This document shows, in pieces, positions 1 to 8,244 of a DNA stretch of 64,000 bases (the first letter of the stretch is position 1; each line of letters begins with the position of its first letter). Below the pieces are notes generated by a model that saw nothing but the letters and a program-made list of their open reading frames with translations, was not told the origin of the DNA and did no database searches. The DNA comes from a virus, in the IMG/VR virus record IMGVR_UViG_3300042197_000370, one strand, 5' to 3'. A program made the position numbers and the translations under genes.

Positions 1-278
1 CACCCAATCTTCATTAGTCTTTTAGCACCTCTTGGATCGGGCATTAGTTTATAAGGCCACATGAATACGCAAGTTACGCTATAGCGCCCAACGTCTGGAC
101 CCTGTACTAGTTCCCCTACTAACCAATTCTTAAAAGCATATAAGTCTGCTTCGTCTAATACACGCTCGAAATCTAGTATAGTAGACATTGACCCATCGCT
201 GGTCATGATACCCTTTATGGTATCGGTGATACTGACGAAATCAATATCATTAAAGAAATTATCTGCGACTTTTTTCAT
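1..278 (-). CDS. Conserved phage hypothetical protein, 5' part (runs off window start)
   Basis: Not in the ORF track. Manual translation from ATG at 278 gives MKKVADNFFNDIDFVSITDTIKGIMTSDGSMSTILDFERVLDEADLYAFKNWLVGELVQGPDVGRYSVTCVFMWPYKLMPDPRGAKRLMKIG with no stop; TAAATA lies 5 nt upstream. Confidence 0.8.
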   Translation of the reverse strand, partial: MKKVADNFFNDIDFVSITDTIKGIMTSDGSMSTILDFERVLDEADLYAFKNWLVGELVQGPDVGRYSVTCVFMWPYKLMPDPRGAKRLMKIG

Positions 279-394
279 AGTAGTATTTATCTTTTTAGGG
301 GCCTACGCTAGAAAGTTAAAAATCCGAGCTTAGTCTAATATTTATCTGATATTATTATTCTTAATGTATCTACATGCAACGTTATAACACCCCG

Positions 395-400
395 TAAATA
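395..400 (+). promoter_or_regulatory. T4-late-like promoter (TAAATA) upstream of phoH
   Basis: GTAAATA followed by the hairpin ATGAGGAT-atgtc-ATCCTCAT and the SD AGGAG. Confidence 0.55.
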
Positions 401-449
401 CGTATGAGGATATGTCATCCTCATATCAAGTAAAATAGGAGAGATTGAC

Positions 450-1232
450 TTGAGTAAAAGAAAGACTGGCGCACTCAGAAACAAGGATACCAGACATACA
501 CACTATAAGCAATTCGATGAAAGTCAAACATTCTACATGAAAGAATCTAAAACAATAGATTTCAACCAAGCACAAAAACAGGCCAAAACAAGACGGCCCA
601 TAGAACTGATTCCGCAATCAGTTAACCAAGAAAAATACATTCTCGCTCTCAATGACACAGAAAAAGATATTGTAATAGTATCAGGACCTGCGGGCACGGG
701 AAAGACTTATCTTGCTATGTTGGCTGCTATTAGGGCTATGCGTGAAAAACGCTGTGACCGTATTATCTTGACCAGACCTGCTGTAGCAGTTGATGATGAA
801 AAGCACGGATTCTTACCAGGTGGATTGAATGAAAAAATGGAACCGTGGGTTAGACCACTTATAGACATACTAAAGGAGTATTATAGTACAAAAGAAATTG
901 AATATATGCTCAATGAGCAAGTTATTGAAATAACTCCATTAGCGTTCTGTAGAGGACGCAACTTTAAACATAGTTGGATTATTTTAGATGAGGCGCAAAA
1001 CGCAACACCTACTCAACTAAAAATGTTGATGACTAGAATAGGCGTAGGCAGTAAAATTATTATTACAGGGGACGTAGAACAAACTGACAGAAGGACCCCA
1101 GAAAATGGCCTACTTGACCTAACTTCTAAGTTATCTAAAAATAAAGTACCGGGTATGATTGGTTGCGAGTTTGATATTACTGATATAAGGAGACATAAGA
1201 TTATAGAACACGTACTAAAACTATACTCATAA
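450..1232 (+). CDS. phoH: PhoH-like ATPase
   Basis: GPAGTGKT Walker A, IILTRPAV, GFLPG, RGRNF, DEAQN, GDVEQ motifs; TTG start with AGGAG SD. Confidence 0.95.
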   Translation: MSKRKTGALRNKDTRHTHYKQFDESQTFYMKESKTIDFNQAQKQAKTRRPIELIPQSVNQEKYILALNDTEKDIVIVSGPAGTGKTYLAMLAAIRAMREKRCDRIILTRPAVAVDDEKHGFLPGGLNEKMEPWVRPLIDILKEYYSTKEIEYMLNEQVIEITPLAFCRGRNFKHSWIILDEAQNATPTQLKMLMTRIGVGSKIIITGDVEQTDRRTPENGLLDLTSKLSKNKVPGMIGCEFDITDIRRHKIIEHVLKLYS

Positions 1233-1233
1233 A

Positions 1234-1255
1234 AAACGGGGCTTCGGCCCCGTTT
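1234..1255. terminator. Bidirectional intrinsic terminator
   Basis: AAACGGGGC-TTCG-GCCCCGTTT between convergent genes. Confidence 0.85.
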
Positions 1256-1529
1256 ACTTTGTCTCTCTCGCCTTAGCCTGAATAGGGCCTTCCTTTTCAA
1301 GTTGTTCTATTAGTTTAGGGTAAATCTTTTTATAATACTGATTCATTTTATCAAAGTCAGTATCATGCACTTTACCTTCAACTACGCACTTGACAATTTG
1401 TTTTGTTCCATAATCAACAATGATATTACAGGAAGCACTATCAGAATTTCTGACACGTTTGGCTGCTTTAACTTCTTCATTAATTTGCCCGCCGGGCTGT
1501 CTCAAAAAGGTAATCATTAAGTAACGCAT
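1254..1529 (-). CDS. Hypothetical protein
   Basis: 91-aa ORF in a tight operon after the clamp loader. Confidence 0.75.
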   Translation of the reverse strand: MRYLMITFLRQPGGQINEEVKAAKRVRNSDSASCNIIVDYGTKQIVKCVVEGKVHDTDFDKMNQYYKKIYPKLIEQLEKEGPIQAKARETK

Positions 1530-1547
1530 AGTTGCTTATTTATATGA

Positions 1548-2471
1548 TTAAGAGGTCAATTCAACTAAAGTTGCAGCCAAACAGATTTCGGGTATACCAA
1601 CCAATGGCAAGTTTGCAAGACCATTGCGAATATGAATAATGGCTGCGTCACGTGTTTGATTAGTCTTACCCCAAAGGTCTAGATTATCATACATCCATTT
1701 ATAGCAATCTTCAATGCGTGTAGGATATAGCGCAATAAATTGCATAAGTTGCTGACGACCTTCTAAGATTTTACCTTGCTTGAATAACTCAGTAGCAGAC
1801 AATAACAATTCATCCTCACTCAATCCTTCAGCATGGGGAGGTACAAGTTTACCTGTATTACTGTTTACTTGAAGTTGATTCAAACATTTTCGTAGATCAG
1901 GATACGTAGCACGTACATATGTGTCTAATACATCTAATTCAAACTCTATATTCTCAGTAACAAGAACAGTTGCCGCACGTGCAGTAAACTCTGTCAAATC
2001 AGTTTTAGCAATATGAAACTGATGGCATCGACTTTTCAATGCTGGAATAATCTTATGCTGATAATTACAGGTTAATATGTAACGAACAGTCATGTGATAT
2101 GCTTCCATATCATTACGTAATGCGGCCTGTGCAGGTTGTGTTAGATAATCTGCTTCATCCAACAATACGACTTTGAATTTACCAAAGGGCATTGTCTGAA
2201 CAAATCCATTAATCTTATCACGCAAGTTATCAATACCATTTTCACGTGATGCGTTAATTTCTAGTACATCAAAATCTTCAACACCTAATTCGTGAATCAA
2301 TACTTTAGCAAGTGTTGTTTTACCTGTACCCGGTTCACCACTGAGTAATAGATGTGGAATACTCCCATCTTTAACCCAACTGCCCACTTGCTCACGCTGT
2401 CTATCATCAACAAATACATACTCATCTACTGTACTAGGACGATATTTTTCTACCCAAAGTTTGTTAATCAT
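1548..2471 (-). CDS. Sliding-clamp loader AAA+ subunit (T4 gp44/RFC-like)
   Basis: LWVEKYRP, GEPGTGKTT, LDEADYL, SRC motifs. Confidence 0.94.
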   Translation of the reverse strand: MINKLWVEKYRPSTVDEYVFVDDRQREQVGSWVKDGSIPHLLLSGEPGTGKTTLAKVLIHELGVEDFDVLEINASRENGIDNLRDKINGFVQTMPFGKFKVVLLDEADYLTQPAQAALRNDMEAYHMTVRYILTCNYQHKIIPALKSRCHQFHIAKTDLTEFTARAATVLVTENIEFELDVLDTYVRATYPDLRKCLNQLQVNSNTGKLVPPHAEGLSEDELLLSATELFKQGKILEGRQQLMQFIALYPTRIEDCYKWMYDNLDLWGKTNQTRDAAIIHIRNGLANLPLVGIPEICLAATLVELTS

Positions 2472-3157
2472 TCTTTCTTTCCACCAAAAAGTTGTAGTAA
2501 CGACAAGAATATATTAATGAAATCTAGGTATAATGTCAATGCCCCTCGGATCTCTGCTATCCCAGAATTATCATACGTAACTTCTTCCCGAATTTTCTGC
2601 GTGTCATAGGCTGTGAGTCCAAGGAAGATGATGATTGCAAGGACACTGATGACCATAGCCATAAGACTACTACCAATAAAAATATTAATAATACTGGCAA
2701 TGATAATAGCAATAAGGCCAACAAACATAAACTTGCCAACACTATCCAAATCTTTCTTCGTAAAGTATCCATAAAAACTCATAACTCCAAATAATACAGC
2801 AGCACTCATAAACGCTGTAAAAATGCTACCCATTTGGTACACTACAAATATAGTAGCAAAACTTAAACCCATTAATGCGGCAAAGCCATGCAAACATGCT
2901 AATGCCATACCTTTTGTTGGGCTAGCGTTCAATAAAATTGAAACACCGATAATTGCTACTAAAGGCATAAAGATAGTTACCCACTTCATAAATCCTGTAA
3001 AAAAGAATTGCATGAGTTCGGGACTACTACCAACCATATAACTGACTACCATACTTACTAGTACCGCCAAACTCATGTTCTTATAAACACCTGCCATAGC
3101 GGTGTTTATTTCACTTGCACTTTTATATGTTGTACCAATACTTTCTGTATAAAACAT
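2468..3157 (-). CDS. Bax inhibitor-1/YccA family membrane protein
   Basis: About 7 hydrophobic helices, AYDTQKI and ALTLYLDFINIFLSLL signature. Confidence 0.92.
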   Translation of the reverse strand: MFYTESIGTTYKSASEINTAMAGVYKNMSLAVLVSMVVSYMVGSSPELMQFFFTGFMKWVTIFMPLVAIIGVSILLNASPTKGMALACLHGFAALMGLSFATIFVVYQMGSIFTAFMSAAVLFGVMSFYGYFTKKDLDSVGKFMFVGLIAIIIASIINIFIGSSLMAMVISVLAIIIFLGLTAYDTQKIREEVTYDNSGIAEIRGALTLYLDFINIFLSLLQLFGGKKE

Positions 3158-3159
3158 AA

Positions 3160-3462
3160 TTAACTCCTTAAATGTTCTAAAGTAATGATCTTACCAATCT
3201 CGTCACCTATGTCTTTATCATCAGTGATAATATGTAAGCCATTATTGTGTCGATCCTTATGCTTATCATAGGTTCTAGTTTCTATGATATGTCCACCGTT
3301 AGCACGATAGACAGTAAAACTCATTCCTGGACTATCAATACTATGACTAGCACGGACAAGTTGAGCCTTGTTTAGTCCAACCGTCGAATCTGCTTCAACC
3401 TCATGTCTATCATTCCATGCTTGCACGCACTTCTTTTTGAACCACTTATCAAACCATTTCAT
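3160..3462 (-). CDS. Hypothetical protein
   Basis: 100-aa ORF abutting neighbours. Confidence 0.7.
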   Translation of the reverse strand: MKWFDKWFKKKCVQAWNDRHEVEADSTVGLNKAQLVRASHSIDSPGMSFTVYRANGGHIIETRTYDKHKDRHNNGLHIITDDKDIGDEIGKIITLEHLRS

Positions 3463-3893
3463 TCTTTGTCTTCCATTTCTTCAGTTTTATAAATTTCTCC
3501 AGTTGGGTTGCCATCGTCATCTAAACGTTCAATGATCATATCACAATCAATAATCATTTCACAATCACTAAAAATCCAATCATGATCTTCTAAATCGTAA
3601 TATGAATTTTCTTCAAAAAATTCTTCTAACCATTTTTGGGTTTCTTCGGTACACTCATCGGTATAACGTTCTTCCCAACAACCGTCAGTTGTTTCGATCA
3701 TTTCTGATTCGTATTCACAGTTATACATGTCAACTCCAGGCTTGAGGTTGGGAGGATTATCATCGTCAGTTTCAACGTGAAACTCCCCCCAACGCCAACC
3801 TGTTTCAACGATAAGAATATTATCATCCTTAATAATTTCTTGACGCTCAATAATTGATTTTTTCCATGCGGGTTTTACAGACCAAGTTGCCAT
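3459..3893 (-). CDS. Acidic hypothetical protein
   Basis: 144-aa D/E/W-rich ORF with ATGA-type overlap. Confidence 0.75.
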   Translation of the reverse strand: MATWSVKPAWKKSIIERQEIIKDDNILIVETGWRWGEFHVETDDDNPPNLKPGVDMYNCEYESEMIETTDGCWEERYTDECTEETQKWLEEFFEENSYYDLEDHDWIFSDCEMIIDCDMIIERLDDDGNPTGEIYKTEEMEDKE

Positions 3894-3894
3894 T

Positions 3895-4260
3895 TTATAC
3901 CTTATCGCTCAAAGTTTCATCATAAACGGGTTCATCACTTACCATTAGTATATCATTTGTGTCTACTTTACGGATAATTTTCTCACCGGAGTCGTCAACA
4001 ATTTTAATGCCTCTAGTCCAGCGACCGTGTGAAATTAATATATATTGTCCTACTTGTATTTCTTGTTGCTTTGGGCCCACTGCATAAACTCTACCCCATC
4101 GCGGTCTAATGCCTGCCGATTTCATATCGTCATTTAACAACACAATACCACCGTGTGTGATTCTTTCATCAAATTGCATGTCAGAAACAATGACAGTATC
4201 ATTTAACGCGGTTAAACGTTTAATCTTGTGCCCTGCAAATGCTTTTGTTTTCTCTTCCAT
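3895..4260 (-). CDS. groES: GroES-like co-chaperonin (T4 gp31-like role)
   Basis: LTALNDTVIV, GGIVL, GRVYAVGP, IQVGQYIL, DILMV match the Cpn10 pattern. Confidence 0.88.
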   Translation of the reverse strand: MEEKTKAFAGHKIKRLTALNDTVIVSDMQFDERITHGGIVLLNDDMKSAGIRPRWGRVYAVGPKQQEIQVGQYILISHGRWTRGIKIVDDSGEKIIRKVDTNDILMVSDEPVYDETLSDKV

Positions 4261-4614
4261 TTATTTCTTTATTTCCTTTGCCTTAATCTGTTCAATTTCT
4301 AAATCATCATCGAAACTTTCTTCTAGTTCACGTTCTTGTTGTGTAAGTTCTTCATTAACTACGGGTCTGGTTACTCTGGGTTGAGTTGGAGGTTGTGCTA
4401 CTTTTGTTTTAGGTTGTGCGGTCTTATTCTTAACTGTGTTTGCGTATGCTTCGCCCACTTTCTGAGTTACAGGAGTAATTACACGCCCGTGACTATCAAT
4501 AGTATCACCACGTGCGTTTACCTTCATATTTCCTACTGCTCTTACCTTTTCGTTCTTAGCGGCTAGTACAGTCATATCTACTGTTCTGCCTAATGCTGTT
4601 CTATATTTTGCCAT
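4261..4614 (-). CDS. Hypothetical protein
   Basis: 117-aa ORF, AGGAG SD, basic N-terminus and acidic C-terminus. Confidence 0.75.
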   Translation of the reverse strand: MAKYRTALGRTVDMTVLAAKNEKVRAVGNMKVNARGDTIDSHGRVITPVTQKVGEAYANTVKNKTAQPKTKVAQPPTQPRVTRPVVNEELTQQERELEESFDDDLEIEQIKAKEIKK

Positions 4615-4624
4615 GTTTTTCTCC

Positions 4625-5131
4625 TTACTTTAGGAACTCTTCTATTGAGAGGTCATAATACAAACTATTTATACGGTGAACTCCAAGCAAAAACAATACA
4701 AAACTTGCTACGCTACTACCTCGACCTACGCCCCAAACTATGTTGTTTTGTCTCATGGTGTCTACCAAATACTTGAGGTATTTAAGTAATACAAACATAT
4801 CACGTTCTTGGAACATTAATAGTTCTTTTCCTGCACGTTGCAATTCTGCTTCTGTAGTACATTGATCTAATACAAATTGGGCAATATCCATATCCATATA
4901 TTCTTTTGGCATGAACCAATTGTTCCTGCACTTATCATCAAACTGTTCTACAGATATATTTTCTAGTTGATAATGTATGAGATTTGGGATGTTTTCTAAG
5001 TCTAGGTTGCGGTTAAATGTAATGGGATTTTCCACCAACACCGAATGTAACTGAAGATTAGGATTTTTAAAATAAAAATCACATAGATCCTGCTCTGAAT
5101 ATACTTGCTGACCAAATTTATCTGTTATCAT
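4625..5131 (-). CDS. dnaE: DNA polymerase III alpha-like fragment A (GRGS region)
   Basis: ELQRAGKEL...NNIVWGVGRGSSVASFVLFLLGVHRINSLYYDLSIEEFLK aligns by eye to DnaE ..[39 protein letters not shown]. Confidence 0.85.
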   Translation of the reverse strand: MITDKFGQQVYSEQDLCDFYFKNPNLQLHSVLVENPITFNRNLDLENIPNLIHYQLENISVEQFDDKCRNNWFMPKEYMDMDIAQFVLDQCTTEAELQRAGKELLMFQERDMFVLLKYLKYLVDTMRQNNIVWGVGRGSSVASFVLFLLGVHRINSLYYDLSIEEFLK

Positions 5132-5139
5132 GTACTAGC

Positions 5140-5168
5140 ATAATACATGAATATAGTGATAGTGTCAA
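5140..5168 (-). promoter_or_regulatory. sigma70-type promoter of DnaE fragment A
   Basis: TTGACA-N17-TATTAT, 8 nt from ATG. Confidence 0.75.
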
Positions 5169-5177
5169 GATAAATTT

Positions 5178-5765
5178 TTATTTTTCGGGCTCCAATACTA
5201 CCACTTTGTCTGAATTTTTAGACTTTTCTTTCCAAGTAAGACCTATCTCTGCCCATTCATCGTTAAATAGTTTAACTATCTTTTCTCTACGCTTTGGTGG
5301 TTTGGTAGTATCTTTCATTATAGTACATGGTTCATTCCACCAATGATTGCCATGGAATATGTTTTCTGCTATCTCTGGAACTACACTAAACCTAACCCCG
5401 TTACTTAACTTAGAACCCATTATTAGGTCAGTGATTGATAATCTACCTTCCATAATTGCGTTTAATTTTAATAACAATATCATAGACACTATTTGGTCAT
5501 ATGGTTCTTCGGGTGTCGTACAAACTTTAATCCCAGCCTTCTCATAATTTTCAATAACAGCAGTTTCCGATTGATGTACAAAAATGCTATTTTCTAACAC
5601 ATTACTTAAAAAGTATTCAGCCCTTTCCATCGCTACGTTCTGCTCTCGTATTGATTCTGTCTCAACTATCATTGATGCTGTTATATCATAAAAATTAATG
5701 TAAAACTTACCTTCAAAATGCGTAGCGCATTGGAAATAAAAATCTTTTTCTATTCTTGTACTCAT
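5178..5765 (-). CDS. Conserved hypothetical protein
   Basis: 195-aa ORF overlapping the upstream gene by 4 nt. Confidence 0.8.
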   Translation of the reverse strand: MSTRIEKDFYFQCATHFEGKFYINFYDITASMIVETESIREQNVAMERAEYFLSNVLENSIFVHQSETAVIENYEKAGIKVCTTPEEPYDQIVSMILLLKLNAIMEGRLSITDLIMGSKLSNGVRFSVVPEIAENIFHGNHWWNEPCTIMKDTTKPPKRREKIVKLFNDEWAEIGLTWKEKSKNSDKVVVLEPEK

Positions 5766-5995
5766 TTTTCTTTTTGAATATTAACCTGCGCATGGATGTT
5801 TTGTTTTTTCATCAGTTCATCCATTTTCTTATTATAGGCTGATTTGTAACTTTCTATAACCATATTTATCTGATGGATCATAGGCCCGTTACCCATGCGA
5901 TAGGCAAAGTTTAACTTCTTTGTCAAGTCGCCAATTTTTTCTTGTAGTTCTTCTAAGTTTTTATCTGATAAGTCGCTAATGAAAGGATGTTCCAT
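5762..5995 (-). CDS. Small coiled-coil hypothetical protein
   Basis: 77-aa helical ORF. Confidence 0.75.
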   Translation of the reverse strand: MEHPFISDLSDKNLEELQEKIGDLTKKLNFAYRMGNGPMIHQINMVIESYKSAYNKKMDELMKKQNIHAQVNIQKEK

Positions 5996-6001
5996 AAGTC
6001 T

Positions 6002-8224
6002 TTATAATGTGTACCATTGGCCTGTTCCGCCACCTGTAGTGCAGAAAAACTCTATACTAGTATTGGTAGCCAATGAATAGGCTGCATTTACGCCTAATGC
6101 ATTTATTTGCGCACCTGTTGCAGGGTATACGTTCAATGCATTTGCGCCTGCATTTCTAACAACTATTCTTAATCCTATAATTGCTGCAGGTAGAACAACA
6201 CCTGTACTTGCTGGGACAGTTGTTATAAGATTGATTGCATTTGCTAATTGTGTTCCTGTTGCCTGAGTAGTACCTGCGGCTGCTACAGTGTTAGCCACAC
6301 TAGAAACGAAATACACATTTGCTATAATGTTTGCATTTGAGAATATATTACCAGTAGCGTTTGCTAAACCACTAGAATATAAATTACCAACGTTTCCGTT
6401 ACCTGTAATAGTAGCGGATCCACCTGATAGTATTCCACCAGATACAGTTCCCGTTGCGTTTACAGAACCAACTGTAATTAGATTTCCAACTGTTGCATTA
6501 CCAGTTACAGTTAATAACCCGTTTGTAACTAAGTTGCCACCAACTACGTTACTAGTGGCTACTACTTGACCACTGGCTGATAAATTAACTACGTTAGCAT
6601 TGCCGCTTACAGATAAGTTACCAATCGTTGCTATATTTGCAACAGTTACGTTTGCACCTGTAATAGTACCTACTGCTGTTATTCCGCCAGGGGCAGACAA
6701 TAAACTAGTAGCACTATTAAATTCAAAGCCTGTGGTTGCACCAAATGCTCCTGCATTGTTATATTGAATCTGTGTGTTAGAACCTGCTACAACACCATTA
6801 CCACTACCTGCACCTGCCGACCATGCCAAATTACCAGTGCCGTCTGTAGTTAATACATAACCATTTGTACCACCACCAATTTTAACATTAGATACAGTGG
6901 CTGCATTTAATCCGTTTGGTATTAATGTACTAGGTACTAATGGTACTCTACGGAATATATCAGTACCGTCATAAACTGTCATATCAAACGCAGGAGGGCT
7001 ACCCGGTGTAAATGTCGCTACGTTTTCATATGTTGGTCCAGCAATTCCATTGTCTATAGTTTGGCTGAGTGTTATGTTAGAGCCTGCAACTGACTTGATG
7101 TAATATACACTATTTTCTGCAATGTTTGCATTGGCTGCACCGTTGCCAGTAAAGATTACTGGAAAGTTAACAGCAACGTTTGCGGTTGAAGAAGATAATG
7201 TAACGATGTTTGGTGCAGTAGTGCTGGCAACTAATTTAGGATATGAATTTGAATTATAATCATCTACTGCTACGTACATATAACGTACAGGATTTAGATA
7301 TAAATTACCTGTACTACCTGTTAAGTTTACGTTGCCGCTAGTATTAGCGTTAGCAGATATTGTAAAGTGTGTTGCGTTTGCAATATTACCTATGTAATAC
7401 GTAGCGCCGGTTGTAACATTAGATTCAAAACTAGTACCTGTAAACACTACAGGCATACCAGTATAAAGTGTAACAGTATTAGCCGTAACAAAGAAATCCG
7501 ATGAAGTTGAAGAGGTAATAGTTAATTCAGGTGCTGATAATGCATCAATACAAACAGTACCTACAGTATCACCCAATTGACCTGTTAGTGGGGGAGTTCT
7601 AGTTTGAATCTCAGTAGTTTGAAATGGTCTATTAAGAGGTGTGATTGATATTGTATTACCGCAATCTAATGTTTTCAATTGATAGTTCAATTGAGATACA
7701 CCATATGGTGCTGTAATCGTTGCTACATTAGATATATTACTATAGTTTTCAAGTAATGTTACACCAAAGTTATTGTTTGCTGAAACCACTTCTCCTGGAA
7801 ATGATATAACTGCTTCAGCATTACTAATACCCAATTTTAAAACAATTGAACTTTCTGTATTAACAGGAGCCCAACCACCAAATTGGAACGTAACGTTTCC
7901 TGCAACATTTCCATATTGCACATCGCCCAAACTAACATCAACTAAAACTGTGCCGCTTAATGCGTTACCTAAATTATATGTACTTGCTCTAAACGTTCTT
8001 GTTGTAGCATTGCTTATTAACGTGCCTGCCATGTCATTGTTTAACGTACTGTTATCCAATGCGGTTTTGAGAACGACCTTGTTCTGTAAATCCGTAATCT
8101 CTGATCCAGCAGTATTTAGGTTAGTTTTAATGGCGGCAAAGTTATCCCTAAAACCCTGAGAACTGTTGTTGATCCCGGGTACAGGATAATTTACGTCTAT
8201 TCCATTAGTGTTAATTGTACTCAT
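6002..8224 (-). CDS. Baseplate/tail-associated structural protein
   Basis: N-terminal YPVPGINNSSQGFRDNF..IK motif; G/N/T-rich beta repeats; C-terminal domain shared with the 11399-16132 fibre. Confidence 0.7.
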   Translation of the reverse strand: MSTINTNGIDVNYPVPGINNSSQGFRDNFAAIKTNLNTAGSEITDLQNKVVLKTALDNSTLNNDMAGTLISNATTRTFRASTYNLGNALSGTVLVDVSLGDVQYGNVAGNVTFQFGGWAPVNTESSIVLKLGISNAEAVISFPGEVVSANNNFGVTLLENYSNISNVATITAPYGVSQLNYQLKTLDCGNTISITPLNRPFQTTEIQTRTPPLTGQLGDTVGTVCIDALSAPELTITSSTSSDFFVTANTVTLYTGMPVVFTGTSFESNVTTGATYYIGNIANATHFTISANANTSGNVNLTGSTGNLYLNPVRYMYVAVDDYNSNSYPKLVASTTAPNIVTLSSSTANVAVNFPVIFTGNGAANANIAENSVYYIKSVAGSNITLSQTIDNGIAGPTYENVATFTPGSPPAFDMTVYDGTDIFRRVPLVPSTLIPNGLNAATVSNVKIGGGTNGYVLTTDGTGNLAWSAGAGSGNGVVAGSNTQIQYNNAGAFGATTGFEFNSATSLLSAPGGITAVGTITGANVTVANIATIGNLSVSGNANVVNLSASGQVVATSNVVGGNLVTNGLLTVTGNATVGNLITVGSVNATGTVSGGILSGGSATITGNGNVGNLYSSGLANATGNIFSNANIIANVYFVSSVANTVAAAGTTQATGTQLANAINLITTVPASTGVVLPAAIIGLRIVVRNAGANALNVYPATGAQINALGVNAAYSLATNTSIEFFCTTGGGTGQWYTL

Positions 8225-8244
8225 AATTCGTTTCCGTATAGTAT

